From positions 2,112,237-2,176,236 of the forward strand of contig OZ244836.1 of the NCBI GenBank assembly GCA_965220645.1: a stretch of DNA of 64,000 nt. Direction: 5' to 3'. The position numbers and the translations under genes are program-made. Under the pieces are notes generated by a model, which ran no database searches, was not told the DNA's origin, and saw only the letters and a program-made list of their open reading frames with translations. Source of the DNA: Candidatus Aldehydirespirator sp. Lineage in GTDB: Bacteria > Actinomycetota > Acidimicrobiia > Acidimicrobiales > Aldehydirespiratoraceae. Each line of letters opens with the position of its first letter. The first letter of the stretch is position 1. Shown piece after piece: positions 35,112 through 45,139 of this stretch.

Positions 35112-38100
35112 ATGCCGGAACTCTTGAGGCGTTGCCTAACCGTAGGAATCGTTGTTGTGCTGCTGGCCAGCGCTTGCTCAGACGATGGCGACCCCGACGC
35201 GGGAGAGGGCGATCGGTCCGGCGATGCTCCCACGGTTGCTCCTGGCGACGAGGGTGACGGGTCCGGCGATGCTCCCACGCTTGCTCCTGGCGACGAGGGT
35301 GACGGGTCCGGCGATGCTCCCACGCTTGCTCCTGGCGACGAGAGCGACGGGTCCGGCAATGCTCTCACACTTGCTCCCACAGCTTCGGCCCGCGGCGCGG
35401 GCGGTTCGGAGCGGGGAACATTGTTGACCGTTCGGCTGAGCGAGGGCGATGAAATCGGCGGTCTGAGTTCGTCCGCAGTGAGCCAAGTGGACGGCAGTCC
35501 GCTCGATGCTGCGGAAATCCGCTCGGTGACCGACCGGCTGCCGCCATGGGACGACGACGAGAGCGACGCAGCCGACTTCAACCGCCCGCCCGAGACGCTG
35601 CCGCCGCCCCGCACCGGCGAGACCATTGATCGACCGTTCCCGGCCGGGCCGGACATCGACGCAATCGATGTCGATCCCGGGCCTCTAGCGGTTCTGCGGG
35701 TGCAGCCTGAGGGTGAAGTGGGGATCGCTCCCTTCGCCAGCGTCACCTTCAACCAGCCGATGGTGCCGCTCGCCACCATCGGCCAACTCGACGACCTCGA
35801 CATTCCAGTCACGATCACGCCGTCGTTGCCGGGGCGCTGGCAATGGATCGGCACTCGCACACTCCGCTTCGAGCACGACCCGGAGATATTCGACCGCTTG
35901 CCGATGGCGACTTCCTATGTGGTCGAGATCCCGGCGGGGACGGCGTCGCAGTCCGGCGGCGAACTGGCCGAGGCCGTTCGCTTCGAGTTCGAGACCCCTG
36001 CGCCCAACATGGCGTGGCTCGTCCCCCAGCACGACTCGCTCGATCTTCAAACGCTGTTCCTCGTCGCCTTCGATCAGCGGATCGAGTCTGCCGCCGCGCT
36101 CGAGGCCATCACGTTCTCAGCCGACGGAGACCAGCATCAGATCCGCCTTGCCAGTGCTGCCGAGATCGAAGGCGATGAGTACATCAGTTCCCTGCTCGGG
36201 TATGCACTCGACGACACATGGGTCGCCTTCCGCCCGGCGGCGCCGCTCGAGCCGGACTCATTGATCAGGATCGAGGTCGGCCCCCATGTGCCGTCGGCCG
36301 AGGGCCCGAACACCAGCGGCAACTCCTCTGTTGTGGAGGCCCACACGTACGCGCCGCTGCGGGTGGAGGACACAAGTTGCTCATATCAAGGGTGCCGGCC
36401 GGGGCGTGCGCTCGACGTCTGGTTCAACAACACGCTGGATGCCGAAACGCTCGATGCGGCCGACGTCGCCATAACGCCAGAGCTCCCCGGCGCCACCGTC
36501 TCGGTACACGGCCGCACCATGACCATCGCCGGGCCCACAGCTGGCGGTACCACCTATGAGGTGGTGATCCCCGAAGGGCTGGGCGACGTGTTCGGTCAGA
36601 CCCTGGGTGAGCCCGAGACCGTGGAGTTCAGCATCGACGAAGCCCTCCCGCACCTCGGCTTCATGGGCGGGCGACTTGCCACCGTTGATCCGCTCGGTGT
36701 GCAACAGACGATTCCTGTCATGGTGCGCCAATGGGAGCAGCTCCGTGTGCGCCTCTATGCCGTGGAGCCCAGCGATTACGGGTCGTTCTTGGATTTCGTG
36801 TCTCGCTGGCGACGGAGCCGGGACCCGGGTGTTGTGGATGTGCCGTGGCCGCTGGCAGTCGACGAGATCGTCGACACCGGTATCGACCATGATGCCCTCA
36901 CCGAGGTTCCCATAGATCTCTCCGGCGCCCTCAACGGCGAGCACGGTCATGTGGTCATGATCGTCGACGGGGCTGGTCGGCTCGCCGAGACCGAGACCGA
37001 GACCGAGACCGGGACCGGCCAGTCGACGATGGCCTGGGTGCAAGACACCGATATCGGCGTCGACATGATCACCGACTATCGCGATGTGGTGGTGTGGACC
37101 ACCGACCTGCGCTCTGGCGATCCGCTGGCCGGTGTGGAAATCGAGTTGGAGGGCCGGGGCGCGACGCTCACCACCGATGACCACGGCCTCGCCCGCGCCT
37201 CGCTCGATGCCGACGGACATGGGTGGGTCGTGGCCTCGCTCGGCGCCGACCGGGCCCTCAACCCGGTGAGCCTCTCGGCGTGGCCGCAGGACGACCAGAC
37301 CATTTGGTACACCGCCGATGATCGCGGAATCTACCGACCCGGCGAGACGCTGCAGCTGAAGGGCTGGGTCCGGAATCTCGATCTGAGCGGCGATGGCGAC
37401 CTTGAGTTCCTTCCCCGCGGGGCACTCGTCACCTACAGCGTCTCCGGCCCGTTCGGCAACGATCTCGGCAACGGTGAGATCCGTTTGGACGAACACGGCG
37501 GCTTTGATGTCACCGTCGAATTGCCGCAAGGGGCAAACCTGGGCTGGAGCAGCATCGTCTTTGAGCGTCCGGGCAGCTACGGAAGTGACCGGCACTACCA
37601 CTCGTTCCAGGTCCAGGAGTTCCGCCGCCCCGAGTTCGAAGTGGAGACACGCCTCGAATCAGCCGGTCCCCATCTGGTTGACGAGCCGGCGGTGGCCGCG
37701 GTCGAAGCCACGTACTTCTCCGGCGGCCCCCTCCCCAACGCCGAGGTCACCTGGACGGTCACCACCCGGCAGGGCTCGTACTCCCCGCCCAACTGGAGCG
37801 CGTTCACGTTCGGCATATGGCGTCCATGGTGGTATTTCGGTTACTTCGACGAGCCGTGGCCCGAGCCGCAGCGCAAGACCTTCTCGGGCAAGACCGACTC
37901 CAGCGGCAGCCATTACCTGCGCATGGATTTTGAAGGCGACGGCGACCATCTCCCCACCACGGTGACCGCTGAAGCTCAAGTGTTCGACGTGAACCGCCAG
38001 CAATGGGCGTCGGCGACCGACGTCCTGGTCCATCCCGCCAGCCTCTATGTCGGTGTTCGCTCCGCCCGTACCTTCGTGAGGGCCGGAGACGGGCTCGACA

Positions 38101-41100
38101 TCGACGCCGTGGTAACCGACATCGACGGCAACCCGGTTCCCGGCCGATCCTTCGAGATCACCGCGGCGCGCATCGTCTACCAGTACGTCGACGGCCAATG
38201 GACTGAGGTCCCGGTGGACGCCGAGACCTGCGAGGCCGTTTCGGAGCAGACGCCGGTCGGCTGCGAGTTCGCGGCTGGCATCGGAGGCCGCTACCGCATC
38301 TCTGCCAACGTCGTCGATGACACGGGGCGGACCAGCCGCAGCGAGTTGACCCGCTGGGTTGCCGGCGCAAGCAGCGGAGCGCCGAGCCGCAGAATCGATC
38401 TCGAAGCCGCCAACCTGATTCCCGACGCCGCGAGCTACGCCGCGGGCGACACTGCAGAGATCCTCGTCGACTCGCCCTTCGCGTCGGCGACCGGCCTCCT
38501 GACGATCGCCCACAACCAGATCATCGAGTTCCGCACCTTTGAGATCGCCGACCATGCCGCCGTTCTCGAAGTGCCGATCACCGACGATCATGTTCCCGAG
38601 CTCGCGGTGCAGGTCGAGATTGTCTCCACCACCGAGCGAACCGCCGATGACGGAACCAGCTTGGACGGTGTGCCCCATCGTCCCGCCTATGCGTCCGGGC
38701 AAGCCTTGCTGCGAGTCCCGCCCTTGCTGCGGACTCTCGACGTCACCGCCGAGCCCGCGTCGACAGTGGTCAAGCCGGGCGCGGCCACGAGCATCGCGGT
38801 GGAGGTCAACGACGCCGGCGGTGCTCCCGTCGAGGGGGCCAACGTGCTTCTCATCGTTGTGGACGAGGCGGTGCTGGCCGTGTCGGGCTACCAGCTGCTC
38901 GACCCCATCGACGTCTTCTACCGCCCCCGGACAGCGCGCCTGCACACCGCGCGAGGCCGAGGCACCATCCTGCTCGAGAGCCCCCAAGACCTCCTTCGCC
39001 TGATCGAGGAGGACTTCGCAGAACCTATGGCCGAGGAGGCCATGGCGGAGGCGGCCGATGATTCCGGCGGGGGCGGCAGGTCTGCCTCGGCAGGACTCCA
39101 AGTTGATGTCCGCGAGAACCTCGACGCTCTGGCACTGTTCGACCCCGAGGCAGCCACCGATGCCGCGGGCCGGGTCACGGTCGAGTTCGACCTGCCCGAC
39201 AACCTCACCCGCTACCGGGTGATGGCGGTCGCGGTCGACGGCGCCGAGCGCTTCGGCACGGCCGAGTCTGCCATCACCGCGCGATTGCCCCTCCAGGTCC
39301 GGCCCTCGGCCCCCCGGTTCCTGAACTATGGCGACGAGTTCGAGCTGCCGATCGTCGTCCAGAACCAGACCGACTCCGCTATGGAGGTGGATCTGGTCGT
39401 GCAGACCTCCAACCTCGAGCTGGCCGGGTCACCGGGACGGCGGGTGACGGTGCCCGCCAATGATCGGGTCGAGGTCCGGTTCCCGGCGCGAACGAAGGAA
39501 CCGGGCACGGCCCGCTTCCGGGCGGTGGCGGTGTCGGACGACCACGCCGACGCCCAGATCGTCGCCCTGTCTGTGTACACCCCGGCCACCAGCGAGGCAT
39601 TCGCCACCTACGGGGTGGTCGACGAGGGCGCGGTCGTCCAGTCGATAGCCGCGCTGCGAGACGTGATCCCTCAGTTCGGCGGGCTCGAGATCAACACCTC
39701 ATCGACCGCGCTCCAGGCCCTGACCGACGCCGTGCTGTACCTCTCCGGCTACCGGTACGCCAGCTCCGATGCCTACGCCAGCCGCATCCTGGCCATCTCC
39801 GCACTGCGCGACGTGCTCGGGGCCTTCGAGGCCGAGGGTCTCGCCAGCCCCGACGAACTCGACGCCGCCGTGCGCCGCGACATCGCCGAACTGTCGGCCC
39901 TCCAGAACAGCGACGGCGGCTTCGGGTGGTGGTCGCGCAACCGTCCTTCGAGCCCATACCAGTCGATTCAGGCGATGCATGCTCTGACAGTTGCCCAGAA
40001 CGAGGGCTTCACCGTGTCCGATGGCGTCATGGCCAGCGGGCACTGGTATCTGCAGAGCATCGAAGACCGGATCCCGGCCTACTACAGCCAGCGAAGCACC
40101 GACATGCTGTTGGCCTACGCGCTTCATGTCCGATCACTGGGCGGAGATCGAGACGCCCGCGCCGCCCTCGCCCTCTGGGAACGCCGGGGCACGGATCTGG
40201 AGTCGGATGCCCTCGCCTGGATTTGGCCGGTAGTCGACGACGACGCCGTCGAAGCCAGTATCGAGCGGGTCCTCAACAACCGAGTCGTCGAGTCCGCTGG
40301 GGCAGCCGCATTCATCACGGACTACGCCGAAGACGCCTATCTGCTACTGCATTCCAACCGTCGCACCGACGCCATCGTGCTCGATGCTCTGATCACGATG
40401 GCTCCCGAGTCGGATCTCGTTGCCAAGGTCGTGGCTGGACTGCTGGCCAACCGGGTCAAGGGACGCTGGAACAACGTCCAGGAGAACTCGTTCATTCTGC
40501 TGGCCCTGAACCGTTACTTCGCCGCTTTCGAGGCGACTGATCCCGACTTCGTTGCCCGGGTGTGGCTCGGCGACCTCTACGCCGCGCAACACCAGTTCTC
40601 CGGGCGCAGCACCGACCGCGCCCTGACGCTGGTCCCGATGGCGGAGCTGCTGGCAGTGGGCGACTCCGATCTCATCATCGAGAAGGACGGAGAGGGCCGC
40701 CTCTACTACCGCCTCGGTCTTCGCTACGCCCCCGACGACCTCAACCTGGATCCTCTGGACCGAGGCTTCGTGGTGCAGCGCAGCTACGAGGCAGTCGACG
40801 ATCCCGGCGATGTGTGGCTCGACGACGACGGTGTCTGGCATGTGCTGGCCGGGGCCCAGGTGCGGGTCAACGTGACCATGGTCAACGACAGCCGACGCAC
40901 CAACATGGCGCTGGTCGATCCCATGCCCGCAGGCTTCGAGTCGCTCAACCCGGCACTGGCGGTGACCGGCGAGGTAGACGCCCGCCGCGGCGGGGCCGCC
41001 GATTCATGGTGGTGGTGGACTTGGTACGAGCACCAGAACCTCCGCGACGATCGTGCCGAGGCCTTCTCGTCGTACCTGCGGGCCGGCACCCATGAATACA

Positions 41101-41228
41101 GCTACGTCGTCCGGGCCACCACCCCGGGCACCTTCGTCGTGCCCCCAGCCAAAGCCGAAGAAATCTACGCCCCCGAAGTATTCGGCCGCTCCCGCACCGA
41201 CACAGTCATCGTGCAAGACCAGCGGTGA
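35112..41228 (+). CDS. Alpha-2-macroglobulin family lipoprotein, thioester-less (2038 aa)
   Basis: Lipobox LLASACSDD. Length and MG-domain-like organisation fit the family. The expected thioester site reads YRYASSDAYAS, and there is no CxEQ anywhere in the ORF. Confidence 0.8.
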   Translation: MPELLRRCLTVGIVVVLLASACSDDGDPDAGEGDRSGDAPTVAPGDEGDGSGDAPTLAPGDEGDGSGDAPTLAPGDESDGSGNALTLAPTASARGAGGSERGTLLTVRLSEGDEIGGLSSSAVSQVDGSPLDAAEIRSVTDRLPPWDDDESDAADFNRPPETLPPPRTGETIDRPFPAGPDIDAIDVDPGPLAVLRVQPEGEVGIAPFASVTFNQPMVPLATIGQLDDLDIPVTITPSLPGRWQWIGTRTLRFEHDPEIFDRLPMATSYVVEIPAGTASQSGGELAEAVRFEFETPAPNMAWLVPQHDSLDLQTLFLVAFDQRIESAAALEAITFSADGDQHQIRLASAAEIEGDEYISSLLGYALDDTWVAFRPAAPLEPDSLIRIEVGPHVPSAEGPNTSGNSSVVEAHTYAPLRVEDTSCSYQGCRPGRALDVWFNNTLDAETLDAADVAITPELPGATVSVHGRTMTIAGPTAGGTTYEVVIPEGLGDVFGQTLGEPETVEFSIDEALPHLGFMGGRLATVDPLGVQQTIPVMVRQWEQLRVRLYAVEPSDYGSFLDFVSRWRRSRDPGVVDVPWPLAVDEIVDTGIDHDALTEVPIDLSGALNGEHGHVVMIVDGAGRLAETETETETGTGQSTMAWVQDTDIGVDMITDYRDVVVWTTDLRSGDPLAGVEIELEGRGATLTTDDHGLARASLDADGHGWVVASLGADRALNPVSLSAWPQDDQTIWYTADDRGIYRPGETLQLKGWVRNLDLSGDGDLEFLPRGALVTYSVSGPFGNDLGNGEIRLDEHGGFDVTVELPQGANLGWSSIVFERPGSYGSDRHYHSFQVQEFRRPEFEVETRLESAGPHLVDEPAVAAVEATYFSGGPLPNAEVTWTVTTRQGSYSPPNWSAFTFGIWRPWWYFGYFDEPWPEPQRKTFSGKTDSSGSHYLRMDFEGDGDHLPTTVTAEAQVFDVNRQQWASATDVLVHPASLYVGVRSARTFVRAGDGLDIDAVVTDIDGNPVPGRSFEITAARIVYQYVDGQWTEVPVDAETCEAVSEQTPVGCEFAAGIGGRYRISANVVDDTGRTSRSELTRWVAGASSGAPSRRIDLEAANLIPDAASYAAGDTAEILVDSPFASATGLLTIAHNQIIEFRTFEIADHAAVLEVPITDDHVPELAVQVEIVSTTERTADDGTSLDGVPHRPAYASGQALLRVPPLLRTLDVTAEPASTVVKPGAATSIAVEVNDAGGAPVEGANVLLIVVDEAVLAVSGYQLLDPIDVFYRPRTARLHTARGRGTILLESPQDLLRLIEEDFAEPMAEEAMAEAADDSGGGGRSASAGLQVDVRENLDALALFDPEAATDAAGRVTVEFDLPDNLTRYRVMAVAVDGAERFGTAESAITARLPLQVRPSAPRFLNYGDEFELPIVVQNQTDSAMEVDLVVQTSNLELAGSPGRRVTVPANDRVEVRFPARTKEPGTARFRAVAVSDDHADAQIVALSVYTPATSEAFATYGVVDEGAVVQSIAALRDVIPQFGGLEINTSSTALQALTDAVLYLSGYRYASSDAYASRILAISALRDVLGAFEAEGLASPDELDAAVRRDIAELSALQNSDGGFGWWSRNRPSSPYQSIQAMHALTVAQNEGFTVSDGVMASGHWYLQSIEDRIPAYYSQRSTDMLLAYALHVRSLGGDRDARAALALWERRGTDLESDALAWIWPVVDDDAVEASIERVLNNRVVESAGAAAFITDYAEDAYLLLHSNRRTDAIVLDALITMAPESDLVAKVVAGLLANRVKGRWNNVQENSFILLALNRYFAAFEATDPDFVARVWLGDLYAAQHQFSGRSTDRALTLVPMAELLAVGDSDLIIEKDGEGRLYYRLGLRYAPDDLNLDPLDRGFVVQRSYEAVDDPGDVWLDDDGVWHVLAGAQVRVNVTMVNDSRRTNMALVDPMPAGFESLNPALAVTGEVDARRGGAADSWWWWTWYEHQNLRDDRAEAFSSYLRAGTHEYSYVVRATTPGTFVVPPAKAEEIYAPEVFGRSRTDTVIVQDQR
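35219..35378. repeat. 45-bp in-frame tandem repeat, about 3.5 units (GDEGDGSGDAPTLAP)
   Basis: Units start near 35219, 35264 and 35309, plus a degenerate fourth. N-terminal linker of the A2M lipoprotein. Confidence 0.8.
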
Positions 41229-41250
41229 GCCTCACCGCTCAGCTGGGCTG
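40128..41250. repeat. Copy A of a 1,123-bp dispersed duplication (3' end of the A2M gene plus 22 bp downstream)
   Basis: Collinear with 45368-46490 at a constant offset of 5,240 bp. About 33 mismatches counted by eye and no indels. Confidence 0.9.
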
Positions 41251-41516
41251 GCCACCGAGTAGACGCGTTTGCTGTCGAATCTGTCGTGCTGCTGGGCGTC
41301 AGACTCTCACAGTCACGCAGGAATGCTCCAGTCGACCGCGTCGAGACCGGTGTCGGCGACAGGCACATTGCGCCACGCTGACGAAGTTCTCAGCGGGCCC
41401 GCGGGCAAGTTCGCCCGCCGAGAACGGCCATAGATCGATGATGGCCAGCCGCCCGGCCAGCAATTCCGACACCGTGGGCACGGTCAGCGGCGACGACACG
41501 CAAGGTCTCCGCGGTA

Positions 41517-41623
41517 GGCAAGATCAGCTTCGCAGCCCAGCCGTATCCCGTTGGTGTGTGGCTCACGGGTGAGACCGTGGAGGTGTCTGTGGATGCCGGG
41601 CTAGTCACGATCAGCCACCGCGG
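41517..41623 (+). pseudogene. Relic of an IS481-family transposase gene (~107 bp)
   Basis: Aligns with 6543-6649 of the intact IS (GGCAAGATCAGCTTCGCAGCCCAG...GTCACGATCAGCCACCGCGG), same orientation, with several mismatches. Confidence 0.75.
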
Positions 41624-41702
41624 TCCGATCGTGGATCAGCGGCTGTCTCAGGGCTGTCTCATGTTGAGACACAGGGCCTCCGCGAGGTGATGTACCCTTG
41701 AC

Positions 41703-42962
41703 GTGGTGCTCGAACCTCTGGGGAGCGTTCGGGCGGCTCGACATCGGTTTCGGTACACCGGGGGAGGTGCGGTCGGGGTGAAGACAGCCACGACAACAGT
41801 CGGGTTGATCGCCAATCCTGCCTCGGCACGCGATATCCGCCGCCTCGTCGCCCACGGAGGCGCGGTGACCACCCACGACAAGCTGAACCGGCTCCAGCGA
41901 GTACTGGCCGGTCTCGCCGCTACCGGTGTGGAACGGGTCATCTCGATGGCCGACCAGGCTGGCATCATGGACGGCCTCGGTCGTCTCGCCGAACGGGCAT
42001 CCGCCGGGGGTTGGCCTGCGCTGGAGTTCGTCGACCAGGACATCGCCCAGACCGGGGCCGATACCACCGCCGCCACGAGAGCCATCGTCGACGCGGGAGT
42101 CGGCTCGATCGTCGTCCTCGGGGGCGACGGAACCAACCGGGTCGTGGCGGCCGCATCGGCGGATGTCCCGCTGGTCTCGATCTCGACCGGAACCAACAAC
42201 GCCTTCCCGCGACCGGTGGAACCGACCGTCGCCGGGCTGGCGGCGGGGCTCGTCGCCACCAACCCGCACAGCCGTCAGGCTGGCACCTACCGAGCGAAGA
42301 AGCTCATCGTCCACTGCGGCGATCGTGTCGAAGAAGCCCTGGTCGACGTCGCCATCACCGACAGCGACGGTGTCGGCGCCGGTGCGCTGTGGGATGCGAC
42401 GTCGATCTCGGAGCTGTTCGTGTGTTTCGCTGAGCCCGACGCCATCGGACTGTCGGCGATCGGCGGCCACGTGCAACCGACACCGCGCCGTTCCCCGACG
42501 GGGTTGGCACTCGTCCTCGGCGAGCCGGTCGCCATCATCGTGCGAGCACCGATCGCGCCGGGACTCGTCGAGCCCGTCGGCGTCAGCTCTGTCTCAGTTC
42601 TCGAGCCCGACTCGACCGTCGTCGCGCGGGCCGCTGGCGGTGTCGTCGCCATCGATGGTGAACGCATGTTCCGCTTCGGACCGGCCAATCGTCCCGCGAT
42701 CACGCTGCGTGCGGACGGCCCCGTCGTCGTCGATGTGACCACAACCCTCGAACACGCCGCCACCCACGGTCATCTGGCGGCAGCTGGCGTCGTCGGCCGC
42801 GGAATTCGCCCCGGTGACGAGGCGCCCCCGACGCCCGAAGGCGCAACCAAGCCGAACCCAAGGAGGTATCAACGTGAAAACACTGAACCGACTCGACCTC
42901 TACACCGAGATGGTCCGCGTCAGGCAATACGAGTCCCGAATCCTGCAGGAGTACCACGCTGA
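41703..42962 (+). CDS. ATP-NAD kinase family protein (AcoX-like)
   Basis: GGDGTNR diacylglycerol/NAD-kinase motif, located upstream of E1 alpha/beta genes. Start uncertain. The 3' end overlaps the next gene by about 90 bp. Confidence 0.55.
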   Translation: MVLEPLGSVRAARHRFRYTGGGAVGVKTATTTVGLIANPASARDIRRLVAHGGAVTTHDKLNRLQRVLAGLAATGVERVISMADQAGIMDGLGRLAERASAGGWPALEFVDQDIAQTGADTTAATRAIVDAGVGSIVVLGGDGTNRVVAAASADVPLVSISTGTNNAFPRPVEPTVAGLAAGLVATNPHSRQAGTYRAKKLIVHCGDRVEEALVDVAITDSDGVGAGALWDATSISELFVCFAEPDAIGLSAIGGHVQPTPRRSPTGLALVLGEPVAIIVRAPIAPGLVEPVGVSSVSVLEPDSTVVARAAGGVVAIDGERMFRFGPANRPAITLRADGPVVVDVTTTLEHAATHGHLAAAGVVGRGIRPGDEAPPTPEGATKPNPRRYQRENTEPTRPLHRDGPRQAIRVPNPAGVPR

Positions 42963-43851
42963 CAAGGCGCCGGCCTGGGACATCGGGGCCGGTCTGATCC
43001 CGGGGGAAATGCATCTCTCGGCTGGCCAGGAACCGGCCGCCGTCGGCGTTTGCGCTCACTTGAAGAAGGGGGACGCCATCACCGCGCCGCACCGGCCTCA
43101 CCACTTCGCGCTGGCTCACGGCGTCGACATGAATGCCATGACGGCTGAGATCTACGGCCGCACCACCGGCCTGTGCAAGGGCAAGGGCGGTCACATGCAC
43201 CTGTTTGATCCGGAGAACCACTTCTCCTGCTCAGGGATCATCGCCCAGGGCTACCCCGTGGCCTGTGGCCAAGCGCTCGCCATGAAGCGAAACGGCACCG
43301 ACAATGTCGCCGTCGCCGTCGCCGGCGAAGGGGCGGCCAACCAGGGAGCGTTCCACGAGTCGCTCAACCTTGCTGCGGTTTGGAACCTGCCGGTCATCTT
43401 CGTCATCGAGGACAACGACTGGGCGATCTCGGTTCCCCGCGCCGCGTCGACCGCCATCAACTCCAACGCCGATCGGGCGGCGGGCTATGGCATCCCCGGC
43501 GTGCGGGTCGAGGACAACGATGTCGAAGCAGTCTTCGAGGCCGCCGGTGCCGCCATCGACCGGGCCCGGGCCGGAGAGGGTCCGAGCTTGATCGAGATCC
43601 ACACCCTGCGGCTCTGGGGGCACTTCGAGGGCGACGCGCAGGCCTACCGAGGAGCCGATCTCGACACCGTCGACGAACGCGACCCCATTCCCCGCTACGC
43701 CGCCGCACTCGTCGAGTCGGGCGACCTGGCCGAGGCGCAGATCGACGACATCAAAGGAGCCGCCGACGCCGACGCCGACGCCGCGATCCAATTCGCGGTC
43801 GCCAGCCCCATTCCCGCCCCCGAAGACGCCCTGCTGCACGTCTTCGCCTGA
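42874..43851 (+). CDS. TPP-dependent 2-oxoacid (acetoin-type) dehydrogenase E1 alpha subunit
   Basis: GTG start 7 nt after AGGAGG. ...GKGGHMH..., GEGAANQGAFHESLN TPP-binding region. Confidence 0.85.
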   Translation: MKTLNRLDLYTEMVRVRQYESRILQEYHADKAPAWDIGAGLIPGEMHLSAGQEPAAVGVCAHLKKGDAITAPHRPHHFALAHGVDMNAMTAEIYGRTTGLCKGKGGHMHLFDPENHFSCSGIIAQGYPVACGQALAMKRNGTDNVAVAVAGEGAANQGAFHESLNLAAVWNLPVIFVIEDNDWAISVPRAASTAINSNADRAAGYGIPGVRVEDNDVEAVFEAAGAAIDRARAGEGPSLIEIHTLRLWGHFEGDAQAYRGADLDTVDERDPIPRYAAALVESGDLAEAQIDDIKGAADADADAAIQFAVASPIPAPEDALLHVFA

Positions 43852-43879
43852 GCAACCAGACCGACAGGAGAACAACGCA

Positions 43880-44902
43880 ATGACCACGACTGAGACACCC
43901 ACCCGCCGGATCACCACGGCCAAGGCAATGGCGGAAGCCATCGGTCTCGAGATGCGTGCCGACCCCGACGTGTTCGTCATGGGCGAAGACGTCGGCGCCT
44001 ATGGCGGGATCTTCGGATCCACCACCGACCTGTTCGGCGAATTCGGACCCGAGCGGGTGATGGACACCCCGATCTCGGAGACCGGCTTCATCGGTGCCGG
44101 CATCGGCGCCGCAGTGGAAGGGCTCCGCCCCGTCGTCGAGCTCATGTTCGTCGACTTCTACGGCGTCTGCATGGACCAGATCAGCAACCACATGGCGAAG
44201 ATCCACTACGAGTCCGGTGGCGCAGTGAACGTGCCGATGGTGCTCATGTCCGCCACGGGCGCCGGCTACTCCGACGCCGCGCAACACTCCCAGTGCCTCT
44301 GGGGGATGTTCGCCCATCTCCCGGGGATGAAGGTGGTCGTGCCTTCCAATCCCTACGACGCCAAGGGTCTGATGACCTCGGCCATCCGCGACGACAACCC
44401 GGTCGTCTACCTCTTCCACAAGGGCGCTCAGGGCCTGGTGTGGATGGAGAAGAACCCGCGCTCGGTCGCCCACGTCCCCGAAGAAGCGTTCACCGTCCCG
44501 ATCGGTGAGGCCGCCATCGCACGCGAAGGCAGCGATGTCACCCTCGTCACGATCTCGCTGTCGGTGCAGCACAGCCTCGACGTTGCCGAGGAGCTCGAAG
44601 GCGAGGGCATCAGCCTGGAGGTCGTCGATCTGCGAAGCCTCGTACCTCTCGATCGCCAGACCGTGTTGGAATCGGTGGCGAAGACCGGCAAGTTGCTAGT
44701 CGTCGACGAGGACTACAAGAGCTTCGGGCTTACGGGCGAGATCGCAGCCATCGTGGCCGAGACCGACCCGACGATGCTGACCAAGCCGGTGTCCCGTCTT
44801 GCCGTGCCCGATGTCCCCATTCCGTATGCTCGCTCGCTCGAGTACGGGATCCTGCCCACGCGCGAAAGGATCGCCGCTGCGGTCAAGGACCTGATGTCGT
44901 GA
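43880..44902 (+). CDS. 2-oxoacid dehydrogenase E1 beta subunit
   Basis: MGEDVGAYGGIFG..., DTPISE, transketolase-like C-terminal domain. Confidence 0.9.
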   Translation: MTTTETPTRRITTAKAMAEAIGLEMRADPDVFVMGEDVGAYGGIFGSTTDLFGEFGPERVMDTPISETGFIGAGIGAAVEGLRPVVELMFVDFYGVCMDQISNHMAKIHYESGGAVNVPMVLMSATGAGYSDAAQHSQCLWGMFAHLPGMKVVVPSNPYDAKGLMTSAIRDDNPVVYLFHKGAQGLVWMEKNPRSVAHVPEEAFTVPIGEAAIAREGSDVTLVTISLSVQHSLDVAEELEGEGISLEVVDLRSLVPLDRQTVLESVAKTGKLLVVDEDYKSFGLTGEIAAIVAETDPTMLTKPVSRLAVPDVPIPYARSLEYGILPTRERIAAAVKDLMS

Positions 44903-45138
44903 TCACCGAGGTCCCGTTCCCGATCATGTCGGAACAGGACCCCACCGCCGAAGGCGTCGTCGGAACCTGGTTCGTCAACCATGGCGAGCAGGTGGTCGCC
45001 GGCCAGGTCATCGCCGAAGTCCAGGTCGACAAAGCATCCCAAGACGTCGAAGCCCCGGTAGCGGGCGTCATGTACCAGTTCGTACCCGAGGGTGTCCCCA
45101 TTACCCAAGGCGACTCGCTGGCCCGCATCGACTCCTGA
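44899..45138 (+). CDS. Stand-alone lipoyl-domain protein (79 aa)
   Basis: EVQVDKASQDVEAPVAGV lipoyl-lysine motif. GTGA overlap with E1 beta. No catalytic E2 domain follows. Confidence 0.7.
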   Translation: MITEVPFPIMSEQDPTAEGVVGTWFVNHGEQVVAGQVIAEVQVDKASQDVEAPVAGVMYQFVPEGVPITQGDSLARIDS

Positions 45139-45139
45139 A

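Noticed and set aside
41225-41608. Short ORFs 41225-41572(+), 41299-41499(-) and 41390-41608(-) as real genes.
   Set aside because: They overlap one another and coincide with the IS relic and the ATPase fragment. They are better explained as open frames across pseudogene debris.
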